A stretch of DNA of 64,000 bases from an uncultured Chthonomonadaceae bacterium (GCA_963817895.1 CAWFQB010000005.1:160001-224000), one strand, 5' to 3'; shown: positions 41,524 to 53,167, numbered from the stretch's first letter. Made by a program: numbers and translations. Notes: a model not told the origin generated them from the letters alone.

Positions 41524-42351
41524 TTACTCACGCATTATCTGGCGCAACGCGAGAACGCGGGCGGGGTCAACGGGGTTGGCGACCTGCCCGTCGTGTTTGA
41601 GGCTGGTTCCCACAATCGCGCCGTTCGCGTGGGCGAGCAATCCGGGCGCGGTTTGAACGTCGAAGCCGCTGCCGACAAGCACGGGCGTTTGGGGTACGGC
41701 CTGCTTGACGCGGCGAACGTCGTCCGAGGCGGTGGCGTGGCCGGTTGCGGTTCCGCTGACAATCAGGGCGTCGGCAAGCCCGCGCAGAACGGCGTCTTTC
41801 GCGGCGTCTTCCAGCGTGTTCGTTCCCAATTGCGCGGCATGTTTCACAAACACATCGGCCCACAGTTGAACATCGGCGCGGAGTTCTCGGCGGTACAGGT
41901 TGGCGGCTCGCGCCGCGCCCTCGATGATGCCCTGATCCGTGACCGCCGCGCCGACAAACACGTTGATACGGACAAACTGCGCGCGGCACACATGGGCAAT
42001 CGCAAGGGCGGCAAGGGCGTCGTTGCGCAGGGCGTTGACGCCAATCGGCAGATTTGTCGCGTCGCGCACAGACTGCACAGCGCGGGTCAGGGCGGCAATG
42101 GTATGCGGCGGCAGATGGTCTTTGGCGAACGGCGCGTCGAAGAAGTTTTCCACCATGATGGCGTTTGCGCCCCCGGCTTCCAATGCCTGCGCATCCGCGA
42201 CGGCGCGTTCCAGCAGCGCGTCCATCGGTTCGCCCGTATCGCGCGGACTTCCCGGCAACGCGCCCAGATGTACCATGCCAATCAGCGGCTTACGCTTCCA
42301 AAATTTGGCATCCAGAATCAATTCATGTCTTGAGTTTGTCATTTGCGGCAT
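41524..42351 (-). CDS. BtpA/SgcQ family protein
   Basis: IGMVHLGALPGSP, ENFFDAPF, GVNALRND, ADVFVKHA, VSGTATG, IVGTSLK. Confidence 0.92.
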   Translation of the reverse strand: MPQMTNSRHELILDAKFWKRKPLIGMVHLGALPGSPRDTGEPMDALLERAVADAQALEAGGANAIMVENFFDAPFAKDHLPPHTIAALTRAVQSVRDATNLPIGVNALRNDALAALAIAHVCRAQFVRINVFVGAAVTDQGIIEGAARAANLYRRELRADVQLWADVFVKHAAQLGTNTLEDAAKDAVLRGLADALIVSGTATGHATASDDVRRVKQAVPQTPVLVGSGFDVQTAPGLLAHANGAIVGTSLKHDGQVANPVDPARVLALRQIMRE

Positions 42352-42365
42352 TCTGAAGGCGGCTG

Positions 42366-42701
42366 TTACGCGAGGGCGAACTCCGTGTAGTGACGGATGG
42401 GCGGATGATGAAAGCCAAGCACGATTTCAGAAGCCGGAATGCCCGCGTCGAGGAACATGCCCGGTATGTCTATGTCCGTGCCGTTATGTTCCAGATAAAT
42501 CTTGTCGTTGTAGATGTCGCAATGGAACAAAACGCCGTGGATGCGACGTTTGTTCTGCCAGCCGATTTGTATCAGTTCATAATGACCCTGAGCGTCATCA
42601 CAAACCATCTCCGTGCGGATATTCTCTTCCGGTGGAATCTGCGCGGCAATCAAGCAAACAGCCTGCCGAATTACTCCCCGGTACTTTTCTATTCTATCCA
42701 T
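42366..42701 (-). CDS. xisI: XisI family protein
   Basis: DDAQGHY..IGWQ..RIHG..HCDI..DKIYLEHNGT..GIP..EIVLGFH. Confidence 0.9.
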   Translation of the reverse strand: MDRIEKYRGVIRQAVCLIAAQIPPEENIRTEMVCDDAQGHYELIQIGWQNKRRIHGVLFHCDIYNDKIYLEHNGTDIDIPGMFLDAGIPASEIVLGFHHPPIRHYTEFALA

Positions 42702-43104
42702 TGAACTATCTCCTCTTGCGCCAATCAAACACCAGCAATCGCAACGTTTCGTCTTCTATAAGGTTGTGTCCCTCCAACGTGTCGAAATATTCGTTGTAAG
42801 CAATATCAGACACAGCCAAATAGAGAGCGCGCTGCGTATCCAGTCGCCGCAACAGACTGCGATATAATATATACTGCCCCAATGCGCGTTCCAATTCCGG
42901 CATTTCTGTGCGGCCGATCAGGCTCTTGATTTCAACGGCGATTTTGCGCCCCTCTCGTTCCGCAGACAACAGCAGTTCCGCGCCGAGATCAATGTACAAA
43001 TTTTGTTTGCCGCGCTTGATAGTAAAAGGATCATGCGTGATTATCCATCCCCCTTTAATCAACGCGTTTTTGCAGGCATCGTGATAGAGATCAGGTCTTG
43101 ACAT
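42689..43104 (-). CDS. xisH: XisH family protein (PD-(D/E)XK fold); frameshift near the 3' end
   Basis: YHDACKNALIKGGWIITHDP, IDLGAE, AVEIKS, ALGQY; alternative frame restores EEIVQWIE* overlapping the xisI start. Confidence 0.9.
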
Positions 43105-43235
43105 ACACTTTAGATACGATGTTATGGCGCGAAAATCCTTCTGGCGATTGCGATGAATTGCCAATATTATGCAGGATTCGCCGCCTGCTCTGCCGAATGT
43201 AAAGGCGTACCCATTGCCCGAAAGGAACGCTGCCC

Positions 43236-44990
43236 GTGACTGCCGACAACCCGCTTGATATTCGCTTTGATACCTATTATAACTACGCTGATTTGACCGC
43301 GCGCTTGCAGGCGCTTGTGGCCGCGTATCCCGCTCTGCTGGCGCTGGAAAGCATCGGCAAGTCGCACGAGGGGCGCGATGTGTGGTGCGTGACCGCCACC
43401 AATACGGCTACCGGTCCGGCGGAAGAGAAACCCGCCTTCTGGTGCGACGGCAATATCCACGCGACGGAAGTTTCCGCGTCCTCGGCCTGCCTGCTGATTC
43501 TGCACAAACTCGCTACACGGTACGGCGCGGACGCCACCATTACTCGCGCACTCGACACCCGCGCCTACTACATCGTGCCGCGCGTCAACCCGGACGGCGC
43601 GGAGTTGTATTTTGCCGATAAACCCAAATATATCCGCTCTTCCACGCGCCCCTATCCCTACGACGAAGACCCCATTGACGGCCTGAAATACGAGGACATA
43701 GACGGCGACGGGCGGATGCTGCAAATGCGGATACCCGATGCCAATGGCGCGTGGAAAATTCATCCCGAACATCCCCGTCTGATGGTACGCCGCGAACCCG
43801 CCGATATAGAGGGCAGTTTCTACCGCATTTTGCCCGAAGGCGTGTTGGAAAACTGGGATGGCATGACGCTGGAACTGCAAAAGAACAAGGAGGGGCTGGA
43901 CCTGAACCGCAACTTCCCTGCCAACTGGCGGCAGGAGGGCGAACAGTTCGGGGCGGGACCGTTTCCGGGCAGCGAACCGGAAGTTTACAATCTGGTCAAG
44001 TTTATTTCCTCTCATCCTAACATCACGGGGGCGATCACGTTCCACACGTTCAGCGGCGTGATTTTGCGCCCTTATGGAACACAGGCTGACGACGCGATGC
44101 CCGCTGAAGACCTGTGGACGTTTCAGGCCATCGGCAAGCAGGCGACCGACATGACCGGCTACCCGACCGTGAGCGTGTACCACGATTTTCGCTACCATCC
44201 CAGAGAGGTGATTACGGGCGTGTTCGACGACTGGATGTACGATCATCTGGGCGTGTATGCGTGGACGTGCGAAATCTGGTCGCCGCAGCGTCAGGCCGGT
44301 TTGACGGAGGGCTTCGACAAGAACACCAAGCCGGGATCGTTCAAGTTCATTGACTGGCGGCGCAGCCATCCCATCGAAGACGACATTAAAATGATCGAAT
44401 GGTCGGACACGCAGTTGGATGGCAAGGGCTACGTGGAGTGGAAGCCGTTCACGCATCCCCAATTAGGGCAAATCGAACTCGGCGGCTGGGACGCCCAACT
44501 CGCCTTCCGCAACCCGCCCCCGCAGTTTCTGGAAAAAGAGATCTCTCCGCTTGTAGATTGGGCCATCTGGCACGGCCTCATTGCGCCGGAATTAAAACTG
44601 CATGAGGCCAAAGCTACCCAACTTGCCGACCTTGACAGACAGGATGCGGATGGATGCGCCACCTACTTAATCCGCGTCGTCGTGGATAACATCGGTTGGC
44701 TGCCGACGTACATCAGCAAGAAGGCGTTGGAAAAGAAGGCAGTGCGCGGCGTGGTGGCGGAAATAGAACTGCCGGAAGGCGCGACGCTGAAAACGGGCAA
44801 GAAGCGCGTGGAATTGGGGCAGTTGGAAGGACGCGCGTACAAAGCCGTCGCGCCCTATGGCTGGACAGCCGATACCACGCAGGAGCGCGTGAAGATCGAA
44901 TGGGTAGTTCGTGGCGCACCCGGCAGCGTCGTTAAAGTCGTTGCGCGTCACGAGCGGGCAGGCGTCGTCCGCGCTGAAATTACTTTGTAA
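43236..44990 (+). CDS. M14 family zinc carboxypeptidase
   Basis: IGKSHEGR, GNIHATE, NPDG, DLNRNF, SEPE, FHTFSG. Confidence 0.92.
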   Translation: MTADNPLDIRFDTYYNYADLTARLQALVAAYPALLALESIGKSHEGRDVWCVTATNTATGPAEEKPAFWCDGNIHATEVSASSACLLILHKLATRYGADATITRALDTRAYYIVPRVNPDGAELYFADKPKYIRSSTRPYPYDEDPIDGLKYEDIDGDGRMLQMRIPDANGAWKIHPEHPRLMVRREPADIEGSFYRILPEGVLENWDGMTLELQKNKEGLDLNRNFPANWRQEGEQFGAGPFPGSEPEVYNLVKFISSHPNITGAITFHTFSGVILRPYGTQADDAMPAEDLWTFQAIGKQATDMTGYPTVSVYHDFRYHPREVITGVFDDWMYDHLGVYAWTCEIWSPQRQAGLTEGFDKNTKPGSFKFIDWRRSHPIEDDIKMIEWSDTQLDGKGYVEWKPFTHPQLGQIELGGWDAQLAFRNPPPQFLEKEISPLVDWAIWHGLIAPELKLHEAKATQLADLDRQDADGCATYLIRVVVDNIGWLPTYISKKALEKKAVRGVVAEIELPEGATLKTGKKRVELGQLEGRAYKAVAPYGWTADTTQERVKIEWVVRGAPGSVVKVVARHERAGVVRAEITL

Positions 44991-45038
44991 AGCCCTCAAC
45001 CCCTAACCCCTTCTCCCAAAAAGCGTGGGAGAAGGGGA
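44991..45038. repeat. Palindromic element directly after the M14 stop (possible terminator)
   Basis: ccccttctccca...tgggagaagggg; inverted copy of 17034-17083. Confidence 0.85.
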
Positions 45039-45085
45039 ACCTGTTGAAGTAAACTCTCAGTTGTAATGTCAAGTTTGGAGAAAAT

Positions 45086-46291
45086 ATGCTCTGCGCTATC
45101 GCGCTTGTCGCCCTGCTTGCGCCGTCAAAACCTCATGCGGTGAAAACGCCGCCACCCGTGAAAATTTATCCCATCGTGGGCGCGTTCGCTAATTACACCG
45201 TTAAAAAGGGCGATACGCTGTACAAAATCGCCCGTTCGCACAATGTCAGCCGCTGGACGCTCACGCAATTAAACCACGTCAGCAGTAATCGCCGTCTCAA
45301 ACCCGGCAAAGTTCTGCTGCTGCCGACCATGCACATTCCGCCGCGCAATCCCGGCAACGGTATCGTGCTGAACGTGCCGGAACGGGCAGTGTACATCTTC
45401 CGCGACGGGCAGATGAAGATGCGCAACGCCTGCGCGGTGGGGCAGCCGGGATGGGAAACGGCCTTGGGCGCGTACCATCTGGAGCAGAAAGAGAAGAACC
45501 CGACGTGGCATCCCACGCCCACGATGATCGAGCGCGAAAACATCGTTATCAAGGAAGTGGCGGCGGGGCCGGGCAATCCGCTCGGCGACAGGTGGATGGG
45601 CTGGAGTCTGGGCGGGTACGGTTTCCACAGCACCAACCGCCCCGCAAGCATCGGCACAGCCGCCTCGCACGGCTGCGTTCGCCTCTACCCCGAAGCCGCG
45701 CACAAGATGTACGAGGAGGTGAAAGTGGGGATGCCGATCTTATCCGTCTATGAACCCATGACGCTGGGCAGGCAAAACGGCAACATTTACCTGAGCGTGT
45801 TCAACGACATTTATGGCCGGGGGCTGGTGTCGCGCAAACGCGCCAAAGCCATGCTGTCGCAAATGGGCTTGCTGCCGCTCGTGGATGGCGCGGCGCTTGC
45901 CGACATTGTTGCCGCGCAGGACGGCTACCCGCGCCGCTTGATTGGCTCGGACCAGAAACTACAGGTGAACGGCCAGCCGGTTACGCTGCCTGCCCCGCTC
46001 ATATATGCCAATGGACGCTGGCTCGCGCCCGTAGAAGCCGTCGCGCAGGCGTTGGGCGGGCAGGCCACCAAAACCGGCGCGGATGTCTCCGTCACGTCGG
46101 GGCATCACACCTTTGTGCTGCACCCCGCGCAAATGGCAGTGGAGTTCGACGGCCAGAAAAAAGCCAACTTCCCCTGCGCCACTCTGGACGGCATCGCCTA
46201 CGCTCCCCTGCGTTCCCTGTCCGACATGTTTAACACCGCCCTTTCGGAACCAACCAAAGGAACCCTGAATATACAGACAACGCAGAAATGA
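45086..46291 (+). CDS. LysM + L,D-transpeptidase (YkuD) protein with C-terminal copper-amine-oxidase-N-like domain
   Basis: YTVKKGDTLYKIA; NPLGDRWMG, GFHST, SHGCVRL. Confidence 0.92.
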   Translation: MLCAIALVALLAPSKPHAVKTPPPVKIYPIVGAFANYTVKKGDTLYKIARSHNVSRWTLTQLNHVSSNRRLKPGKVLLLPTMHIPPRNPGNGIVLNVPERAVYIFRDGQMKMRNACAVGQPGWETALGAYHLEQKEKNPTWHPTPTMIERENIVIKEVAAGPGNPLGDRWMGWSLGGYGFHSTNRPASIGTAASHGCVRLYPEAAHKMYEEVKVGMPILSVYEPMTLGRQNGNIYLSVFNDIYGRGLVSRKRAKAMLSQMGLLPLVDGAALADIVAAQDGYPRRLIGSDQKLQVNGQPVTLPAPLIYANGRWLAPVEAVAQALGGQATKTGADVSVTSGHHTFVLHPAQMAVEFDGQKKANFPCATLDGIAYAPLRSLSDMFNTALSEPTKGTLNIQTTQK

Positions 46292-46334
46292 ACCGCAAAG
46301 AAGCAAAAGGCGCAAAGAAAAAAGGAGTGAAATA

Positions 46335-46448
46335 TTCCCGTACGGTAATTAATCCGACAAAACTCTCGCTCAACGTGTATAATGTTACTGTACGGGAACA
46401 TTGTTGGTGTTATATCTTCCACCAAGACCCTGTATTCTCGCGCGGTAA
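46335..46448. promoter_or_regulatory. Three palindromic operators plus extended -10 for hipBA
   Basis: TTCCCGTACGGTAA (46335), TTACTGTACGGGAA (46385), TTCTCGCGCGGTAA (46435); TATAAT at 46378-46383. Confidence 0.75.
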
Positions 46449-46469
46449 CATGAAGAGGCGGAGGAGGCA

Positions 46470-46721
46470 ATGAAATACACGTCTGAGAATGTTGGAAAGT
46501 TGGTGAAATTGACCCGTACAGGCATGGGCCTCACGCAAGAGGCGCTTGCGCTGGCTGCCGGCACGGGCTTACGCTTCATTATTGATTTAGAAAAGGGGAA
46601 GCCTACCTGTGAACTTGAGAAATCTCTTACCGTGCTGAATACATTGGGCATCAAGATAAACTTCACCTCACCCGTAGCGGAAGTAAATAGCCACCTGAGT
46701 AATGAGTGGCAAGGTGGCTGA
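46470..46721 (+). CDS. hipB: HipB-like XRE helix-turn-helix antitoxin
   Basis: LTQEALALAAGTGLRFIIDLEKGKPT; GGAGG RBS; TGATG overlap with hipA. Confidence 0.88.
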   Translation: MKYTSENVGKLVKLTRTGMGLTQEALALAAGTGLRFIIDLEKGKPTCELEKSLTVLNTLGIKINFTSPVAEVNSHLSNEWQGG

Positions 46722-47968
46722 TGGCGCGGCAATTAAACGTCTATTTACATAATCGCCATGTTGGGCTGCTGACCCAGGACAATCACGGCGAGATTACTTA
46801 TCAGTACGATGAAATTTGGCCAGCCAGTCCATACGCTCTTGCTTTATCGCAATCCCTTCCTCTGAGAACAGAGCCGTTTTCGCGCAGGGAGTGCAGTGGC
46901 TTTTTCGGTGGTATTCTTCCCGAAGGAGAAAAACGCGCGATTATTGCCCGCAATTTAGGTATCAGCGCGAAGAACGATGTAAAGATGCTGGAGCGGATCG
47001 GGGGCGAATGTGCGGGCGCAATCACATTTATCCCTTCCGGTGAGAGTTTACCCGCGCAACGCGGTCAGTATCGCCCGCTGAGTGACCATGAACTGGCAGA
47101 CATTCTACGAGAACTGCCTCATCGCCCCCTGTTGGCCGGAAAGGATCACGTTCGTTTGTCTCTGGCAGGCGCTCAGGATAAATTGGCGGTTTATGTTGCC
47201 GATACACAAATCTCTTTGCCGCTCGATGGCGCTCCCAGCACACACATTCTCAAACCCGCGATTGAACGCTTTGCGGGCCTTGTTGTCAACGAACTGCTTT
47301 GCATGAAACTGGCAAAAGCGATTGGGCTGCCAGCTCCCTCTGTGGCAAGGGGAAGTGTGGAGGGAATCGAGTATCTTCTGGTCGAACGCTACGACCGATC
47401 AGGGCTGAAGGCCAGTCGTGGAACGGCTGCATCAGGAAGATTTTTGCCAGGCACTGGGGATTGTTTCCGAGAACAAGTACCAGAATGAGGGCGGGCCATC
47501 GCTTCAACAATGCTTTCAACTGCTGCGCGATGTCGCCTCCATCCCCGTCCTTGATTTGGGCCGACTGCTGGATGCAGCCGTCTACAATTTCCTGATTGGC
47601 AACAACGACGCGCATGGGAAGAACTTCTCGCTTCTCTATAGTAGAGAGAACACACAGGCTTGGACAAACTCTTTTGCGCCCCTTTATGATCTGGTCTGCA
47701 CGGCCTACTATCCCGACCTTTCGCCAAGGATGGCGATGAAAATAGGCGGGGAATACGAATCTGCGAGGGTGTCTCCTCAGCATTTTGATCGGCTTGCGGA
47801 AGAGGCCGGCCTGAACAAGCCGATGGTAAGACGGCGTATTCAATCGCTGTCGAAATTCGATTCAATCGAAACTACCTGCAGTAACGCCTGAACATCCTGT
47901 TGGTAACGGTGTCGCAGAGATTATCCACAGCCGATGTAACCGCGCCATAGAAATGTTTCAAAAAGTGA
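46721..47968 (+). CDS. hipA: HipA-family toxin kinase (frameshifts near 47410 and 47855)
   Basis: LSQSLP, LPEG, IGGECAGA, SLAGAQDK, STHILKP, RLHQEDFCQAL, GNNDAHGKNFS, APLYDL. Confidence 0.92.
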
Positions 47969-48137
47969 CGCGGGGCGCGGACAAACGGCTCCTGTTTTAT
48001 CCTTTTGATTTTGGCGCTTTGTGTCCCGATGGTTTTTGGCAGGCATTGGAACAGGCTTGCGGTGGTTTGCGTCTTCAGGTGGAAAGGCCGCGCGTTCGCA
48101 TCCACTAGAGCAACATCGCGTGAAAACAAGCAATTTT

Positions 48138-49038
48138 ATGAAATCGGGCAAGTGGGCATGGGGCATTGGGTTGAGTATGGTAGCGGTTGGGGGAGTTCGG
48201 GCAAACGCCGCGATTGGCGTTGAGCCGATGGTGGGCGCGAACGCGAAATATAAAGCGCGCAAGGGGGATACACTGCTCAAAATCGCGCGGCGCAACAATT
48301 TGACCCTCTCGGAATTGACGCAGGCCAATCTTGGCAAGGGAAGCGCGTTCGTCCGGGGCAAACGATCAATCTGCCTTCCCTTTACATTCTGCCGCGTAAT
48401 CCTAAGGACGGCATCGTAATCAATGTGCCGGAACATCAGGTGTATTTGTTTGAGGGCGGCGTGCTCCGCGCCCATTATCCCGTTTGCGTCGGGACAGCCC
48501 AACCCCAAATGGCAGACCGCGACTGGAACCTTCAAACTGATTGAAGAAAAAGACCAATCCTACCTGGCATCCGACCAAATCTATTGTGGAGAGTTCCGGT
48601 ATCAAAGACGAACCGGTTCCGCCGGGCAAGGAAAATCCGCTCGGCGACCGCTGGATGGGCTGGAGCAAGCCCGGTTTCGGCTTTCACAGCACCATTGCGC
48701 CGCAGAGTATCGGGACATCCTCATCACACGGCTGCGTTCGCCTGTATCCCGAATCCGCCCACGCCATGTACAACCGCGTAAAAGTTGGCATGACCATCTT
48801 CTCGGTGTACGAGCCGGTGAAATTGGGCAAAAGCAACGGCAAGGTGTTCCTGAGCGTATTTCCAGACATCTACCATCAGGGAATCACCACCCTGCCGCAT
48901 GTTCAGAAGATACTGAAGCAGTTCGGCCTGCTGGGTTCCGTAGAACCAACTCGCCTGCGCCATATCGTCCGCAGTCAAACGGGCATCCCGCAGGTCATCA
49001 GCGTAGGCAAAATAGAACAGGATATTACAGATGCTTAG
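48138..49038 (+). CDS. Second LysM + L,D-transpeptidase paralogue (frameshifted)
   Basis: YKARKGDTLLKIA; NPTWHP, NPLGDRWMG, GFHST, SHGCVRLYP. Confidence 0.88.
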
Positions 49039-50336
49039 AGAGAAGTCACGAGAATTGTTTGCGCAGGCGACGCGGTTATTCCCGGCGGCGTGAATTCGCC
49101 CGTGCGGGCGTTTCGAGCGGTGGGCGGCGATCCCCTCTTCATCGAGCGGGGCGAGGGCGCGTACCTTATAGACGCGGATGGCAACCGCTATCTGGACTGC
49201 ATCGGGTCGTGGGGGCCGCTGGTATTGGGACACGCGCACCCGCAGATTATGGAAGCCATTCAGGCGCAACTTGCGAAGAGGAACCACATTCGGAGCGCCG
49301 ACCGCGCTGGAAGTGCAGCTTGCGCAGATGATCTGCGAGGCGGTTCCGAGCGTACAAAAAGTGCGGATGGTATCGTCCGGCACGGAAGCCACGATGAGCG
49401 CGATTCGGGTGGCACGGGGCTATACGGGCCGGGATAAAATCGTTAAGTTTGAAGGGAATTATCACGGCCACGCGGATTTTCTGCTTGCCAAAGCCGGTTC
49501 GGGAATCGCCACATTGGGACTGCCGGAGTGCGCGGGCGTTCCCGTTGCTGCCACAGCCGACACGCTCACACTTCCTTACAATGACGCGCAGGCGGTTCGC
49601 GACCTGTTCGACGCGCAGGGCGATACCATCGCCTGCGTGATTGTGGAACCCGTTGTCGGCAACATGGGCTGTGTGCCGCCCCATGCCGATTTTCTGCCCG
49701 CCCTGCGCGAAGTGACGGCCGCCAACGGCAGCGTGTTGATTTTCGATGAGGTGATGACCGGCTTTCGGCTGGCATACGGCGGGGCGCAGGAGCGCTACGG
49801 CATTGTGCCCGACATGACCACGCTGGGCAAAATCGTGGGCGGCGGTCTGCCGCTTGGCGCGTATGGCGGCCATGCCGAAATCATGGACGCGGTTGCGCCT
49901 GTCGGCCCGGTTTATCAGGCGGGAACCCTTTCCGGCAATCCGGTTGCGGTGACGGCAGGGTTAGCCATGCTGCGCCTGCTGCGCGAACACAAATCCGAAC
50001 ATCTACCCGCGTCTGGAAACCATCGGGGCGCGTCTCGCGGACGGCCTGCGCCGACTCGCCCGAAACCACAACGTTCCCGTCGTCGTCAATCAATTTGGCT
50101 CGATGGTGACGGTGTTCTTCACGGACGCGACCGAAGTAATCAACTACGCCGACGCTAAAACAAGCGACACGGTTCGTTTCGGCAACTGGTTCCGCGCCCT
50201 GCTCGAAGCTGGCGTCTACTGGCCCCCATCCCAATTTGAAGCCGCCTTCCTGTCCGCCATTATGACGGACGACGACATCGCGTTCCTGCTGGCGGGAGCG
50301 GAGAAGGCTTTTGATGAGATACGAGATAGGAGATAG
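49031..50336 (+). CDS. hemL: Glutamate-1-semialdehyde 2,1-aminomutase (frameshifted)
   Basis: [68 protein letters not shown]. Confidence 0.95.
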
Positions 50337-50393
50337 GAGATACGAGTAAATACCGTTGGTTTTACTGCCTCGTATCTCGTATCTCCTATCTCA
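50316..50393. repeat. Inverted pair of (GAGATAS)n heptamer arms
   Basis: gagatacgagataggagataggagatacgag ... ctcgtatctcgtatctcctatctc; the hemL stop lies in the left arm. Confidence 0.9.
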
Positions 50394-50411
50394 TCCCTCT
50401 CGGAGTGTGCA

Positions 50412-50969
50412 ATGCGAAAACCGCGTTATGGACGGCCCAACCGGGCGAGTTTGTTTGGCGTGATGCTGCTCAACGGGCTGGTCGGGGCCGTTGTGTTGTA
50501 TCTCGTGTGTACCCTGTTCGGCGTCAGCTCGATTATTATGAGTCAGTTGGCGACGCATCATATTCAGGTTTCCGAAAAGTGGAACGTGGTGCTGCCAATG
50601 CTGCCCGGAATGGGAATCGGCATGGGTTGCCTCTGGTTCTGGCTGGTGCTTATCGGGCGGCTGCGCGGGGTGCAGTGGGGCGGCGCGATGGTGTACGGCG
50701 GCATCCTCACTTGCTGCAACGTGCCGATTGCCGGCCTGCTGCTCGGCCTGCTGGATGGCGTTCCCACCAACGAACTGCCCCTTCTGATGCTGATCGCGTT
50801 TGCCCTGATGCTGCTTTCCCCCGCCATGATCGTAGCGATGATGCTGTCCGGCGGCATCATGGGCCTGTTCAACGCTCGACTGGCGCATGTATGGATTGCG
50901 TGGTACAAAAGAAGGATAGAAAGTAGGGAGTGGGGAATAGGGAGTAGAATAAAACTTTTCTGTTGCTAA
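50412..50969 (+). CDS. Hypothetical membrane protein
   Basis: GGAG RBS; about four hydrophobic helices. Confidence 0.65.
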   Translation: MRKPRYGRPNRASLFGVMLLNGLVGAVVLYLVCTLFGVSSIIMSQLATHHIQVSEKWNVVLPMLPGMGIGMGCLWFWLVLIGRLRGVQWGGAMVYGGILTCCNVPIAGLLLGLLDGVPTNELPLLMLIAFALMLLSPAMIVAMMLSGGIMGLFNARLAHVWIAWYKRRIESREWGIGSRIKLFCC

Positions 50970-51033
50970 TCTATACGAGAATATCAAACATGAGCGAAAC
51001 ACAACTCCCCACTCCCTACTCCCTACTCCCTAC
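50922..51033. repeat. Inverted pair of (GGGAGTA)n arms spanning a gene junction
   Basis: agtagggagtggggaatagggagtag ... ctccccactccctactccctactccctac. Confidence 0.85.
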
Positions 51034-53167
51034 ACCCTGTATTATCGGCGTTGACACCGGCGGGACGTTTACGGATTTGGTGATACGGGGCGCGGACGGC
51101 GGGTTGACTGTGCGCAAATTGCCCTCCACGCCGCAAGACCCTTCGCAAAGCGTCCTGCAAGGCATTGCGGAGGCGTTGCGGGACGGGCTGATACAATCGC
51201 CCTTCAGCGTGGCGCACGGCACGACGGTCGCCACCAATGCGCTGCTGCAACAGCGGGGGGCGCGTACCGCCCTGATTACCACGCAGGGCTTTCGGGATGT
51301 ACTGGAAATCGGCAGGCAGACCCGGTCGCGGTTGTACACGTTCCACCCTACCAAACCCGCGCCCCTGCTTGCGCAGTCCGCCCGCTTTGAACTGCGGGAG
51401 CGATTGGACTGGCAGGGAAAGGTTCTGGTTCCGCTGGAAGAGGCGGGAACTATCGCGCTGCTGGACGATCTCAAGGCGCAGGGATACGAGTCGCTGGCGG
51501 TTTGTTTCCTCTTCTCCTACCTGAATCCGGTTCACGAGCGTCTGGTGGAACGGCTGGCGCGCGAACGCGGCTTGCCTGTTTCTCTCTCCTGTGACGTTGC
51601 CCCCGAACCCCGCGAATACGAGCGTACAAGCACAACGGTTGCCAACGCCTTTGTCGCGCCCATGATGGCGCGGTATCTGAGCAATCTGGAAACGCGCCTG
51701 CGCGAAATGGGCGCGACGCATTTCCGCGTAATGCAGTCGGACGGCGGGGCGTTGTCGGCAGGCGAAGCGTCCCGCCGCGCTATTTCTACGGCTTTGTCGG
51801 GACCGGCGGGCGGCATTGTGGCGGCCACTCAGGTAGGGAACGATGCGGGTTTCCCGATCTGCTCACTTTCGACATGGGCGGCACAAGCACGGATACAGCC
51901 CTGATTCACGGCGGGCAATGCGCCATCGTCACGAACGGCGTACTTGGCGACTTTCCCCTGCGCGCGCCGATGCTCGACATTCATACCGTCGGCGCGGGCG
52001 GCGGTTCACTGGCGCGTATAGACCGGGCGGGCGGCCTGCGCGTCGGGCCGCAAAGCGCGGGAGCCGATCCCGGCCCGGTCGCATACGGTAAGGGCGAAGT
52101 GCTGACAGTGACGGACGCCAATGTTCTGCTTGGACGCCTGCCGGACGATTTGCGGCTGGCAGGACGGCTCCCACTCGATGGGGCGCGAGTTCGCGCGCAA
52201 TTCACCGCTTTTGCCGCGCAATTGCAATGTAGCCCCGAACAGGCCGCGCTGGGCATTGTGGATGTCGCCAATGCCACCATGGCGCGCGCCCTGCGGCACG
52301 TCAGCGTGGAGCGGGGGCACGATCCCGCGCGGCCTTGACGCTGCTGAGTTTCGGCGGCGCGGGCGGGCTTCATGCCTGCGCCCTCGCCCGCGCGCTCGGC
52401 ATGACGCGAATTCTCATTCCCCGCTTTCCCGGCGCGTTTTCCGCGCTCGGCCTGGCCCTTGCAAACCCTCGCCGCGAGTACGCGCAGGCGATTCCGCCCC
52501 TGCGCCTCGACCCTGCCGATCTGGACAGTGCCGCCCGCCTGCTGGAACCTATTCAAACTAGACTGCGCGAACGCGCCGAACAGGACATGGCGCGGGAAGG
52601 GATTGCAGCCGGACGCATGGCAGGCGCAAATTCTGCTGGACATGCGCTACGTCGGGCAATCCTTTGAACTGCGCGTGTCCACGTCCTGCTCCCGCTAAAC
52701 TTCCCCTGCGCTTACCGAAGCCGCTGCCAGCCTTCCACGCGCTTCATGCACAGCGATTTGGCTACGCCGATACGCGGGAACCAGTTCAAATTACCGCCGT
52801 CCGCCTGATCGCAAGCGGTACGCAATCCCACCCGACAACCGCGCCCCTCATTCCCGCTTCTGCCTTCGGTTCCGCTTCCGATCCTGTCATAAATTTCCGC
52901 GGATACCCAACTTTCTCTCCCCGGAAACGACAAAGGTAGGGACGCAGGCGGGTGTATGTGGAATCCGATTGGCAGGAGATTCCGCTGCATTCGCGCGGGG
53001 CTTTGCTGTCGGGCAGACGTTTGCCGGCCCCGCGCTCATCGTTCAGGAGGACGCCACCACCTATCTTGCGCCCGACTGGCAGGCGCGAAACTGATGCGAA
53101 CTACAACCTACGGCTCATCTATCTCCGCACAGGCATAAAATCGACTTCCGGCAGGAACTTTCCTTGA
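50990..53167 (+). CDS. Hydantoinase/oxoprolinase A subunit (frameshifted)
   Basis: [64 protein letters not shown]. Confidence 0.9.
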
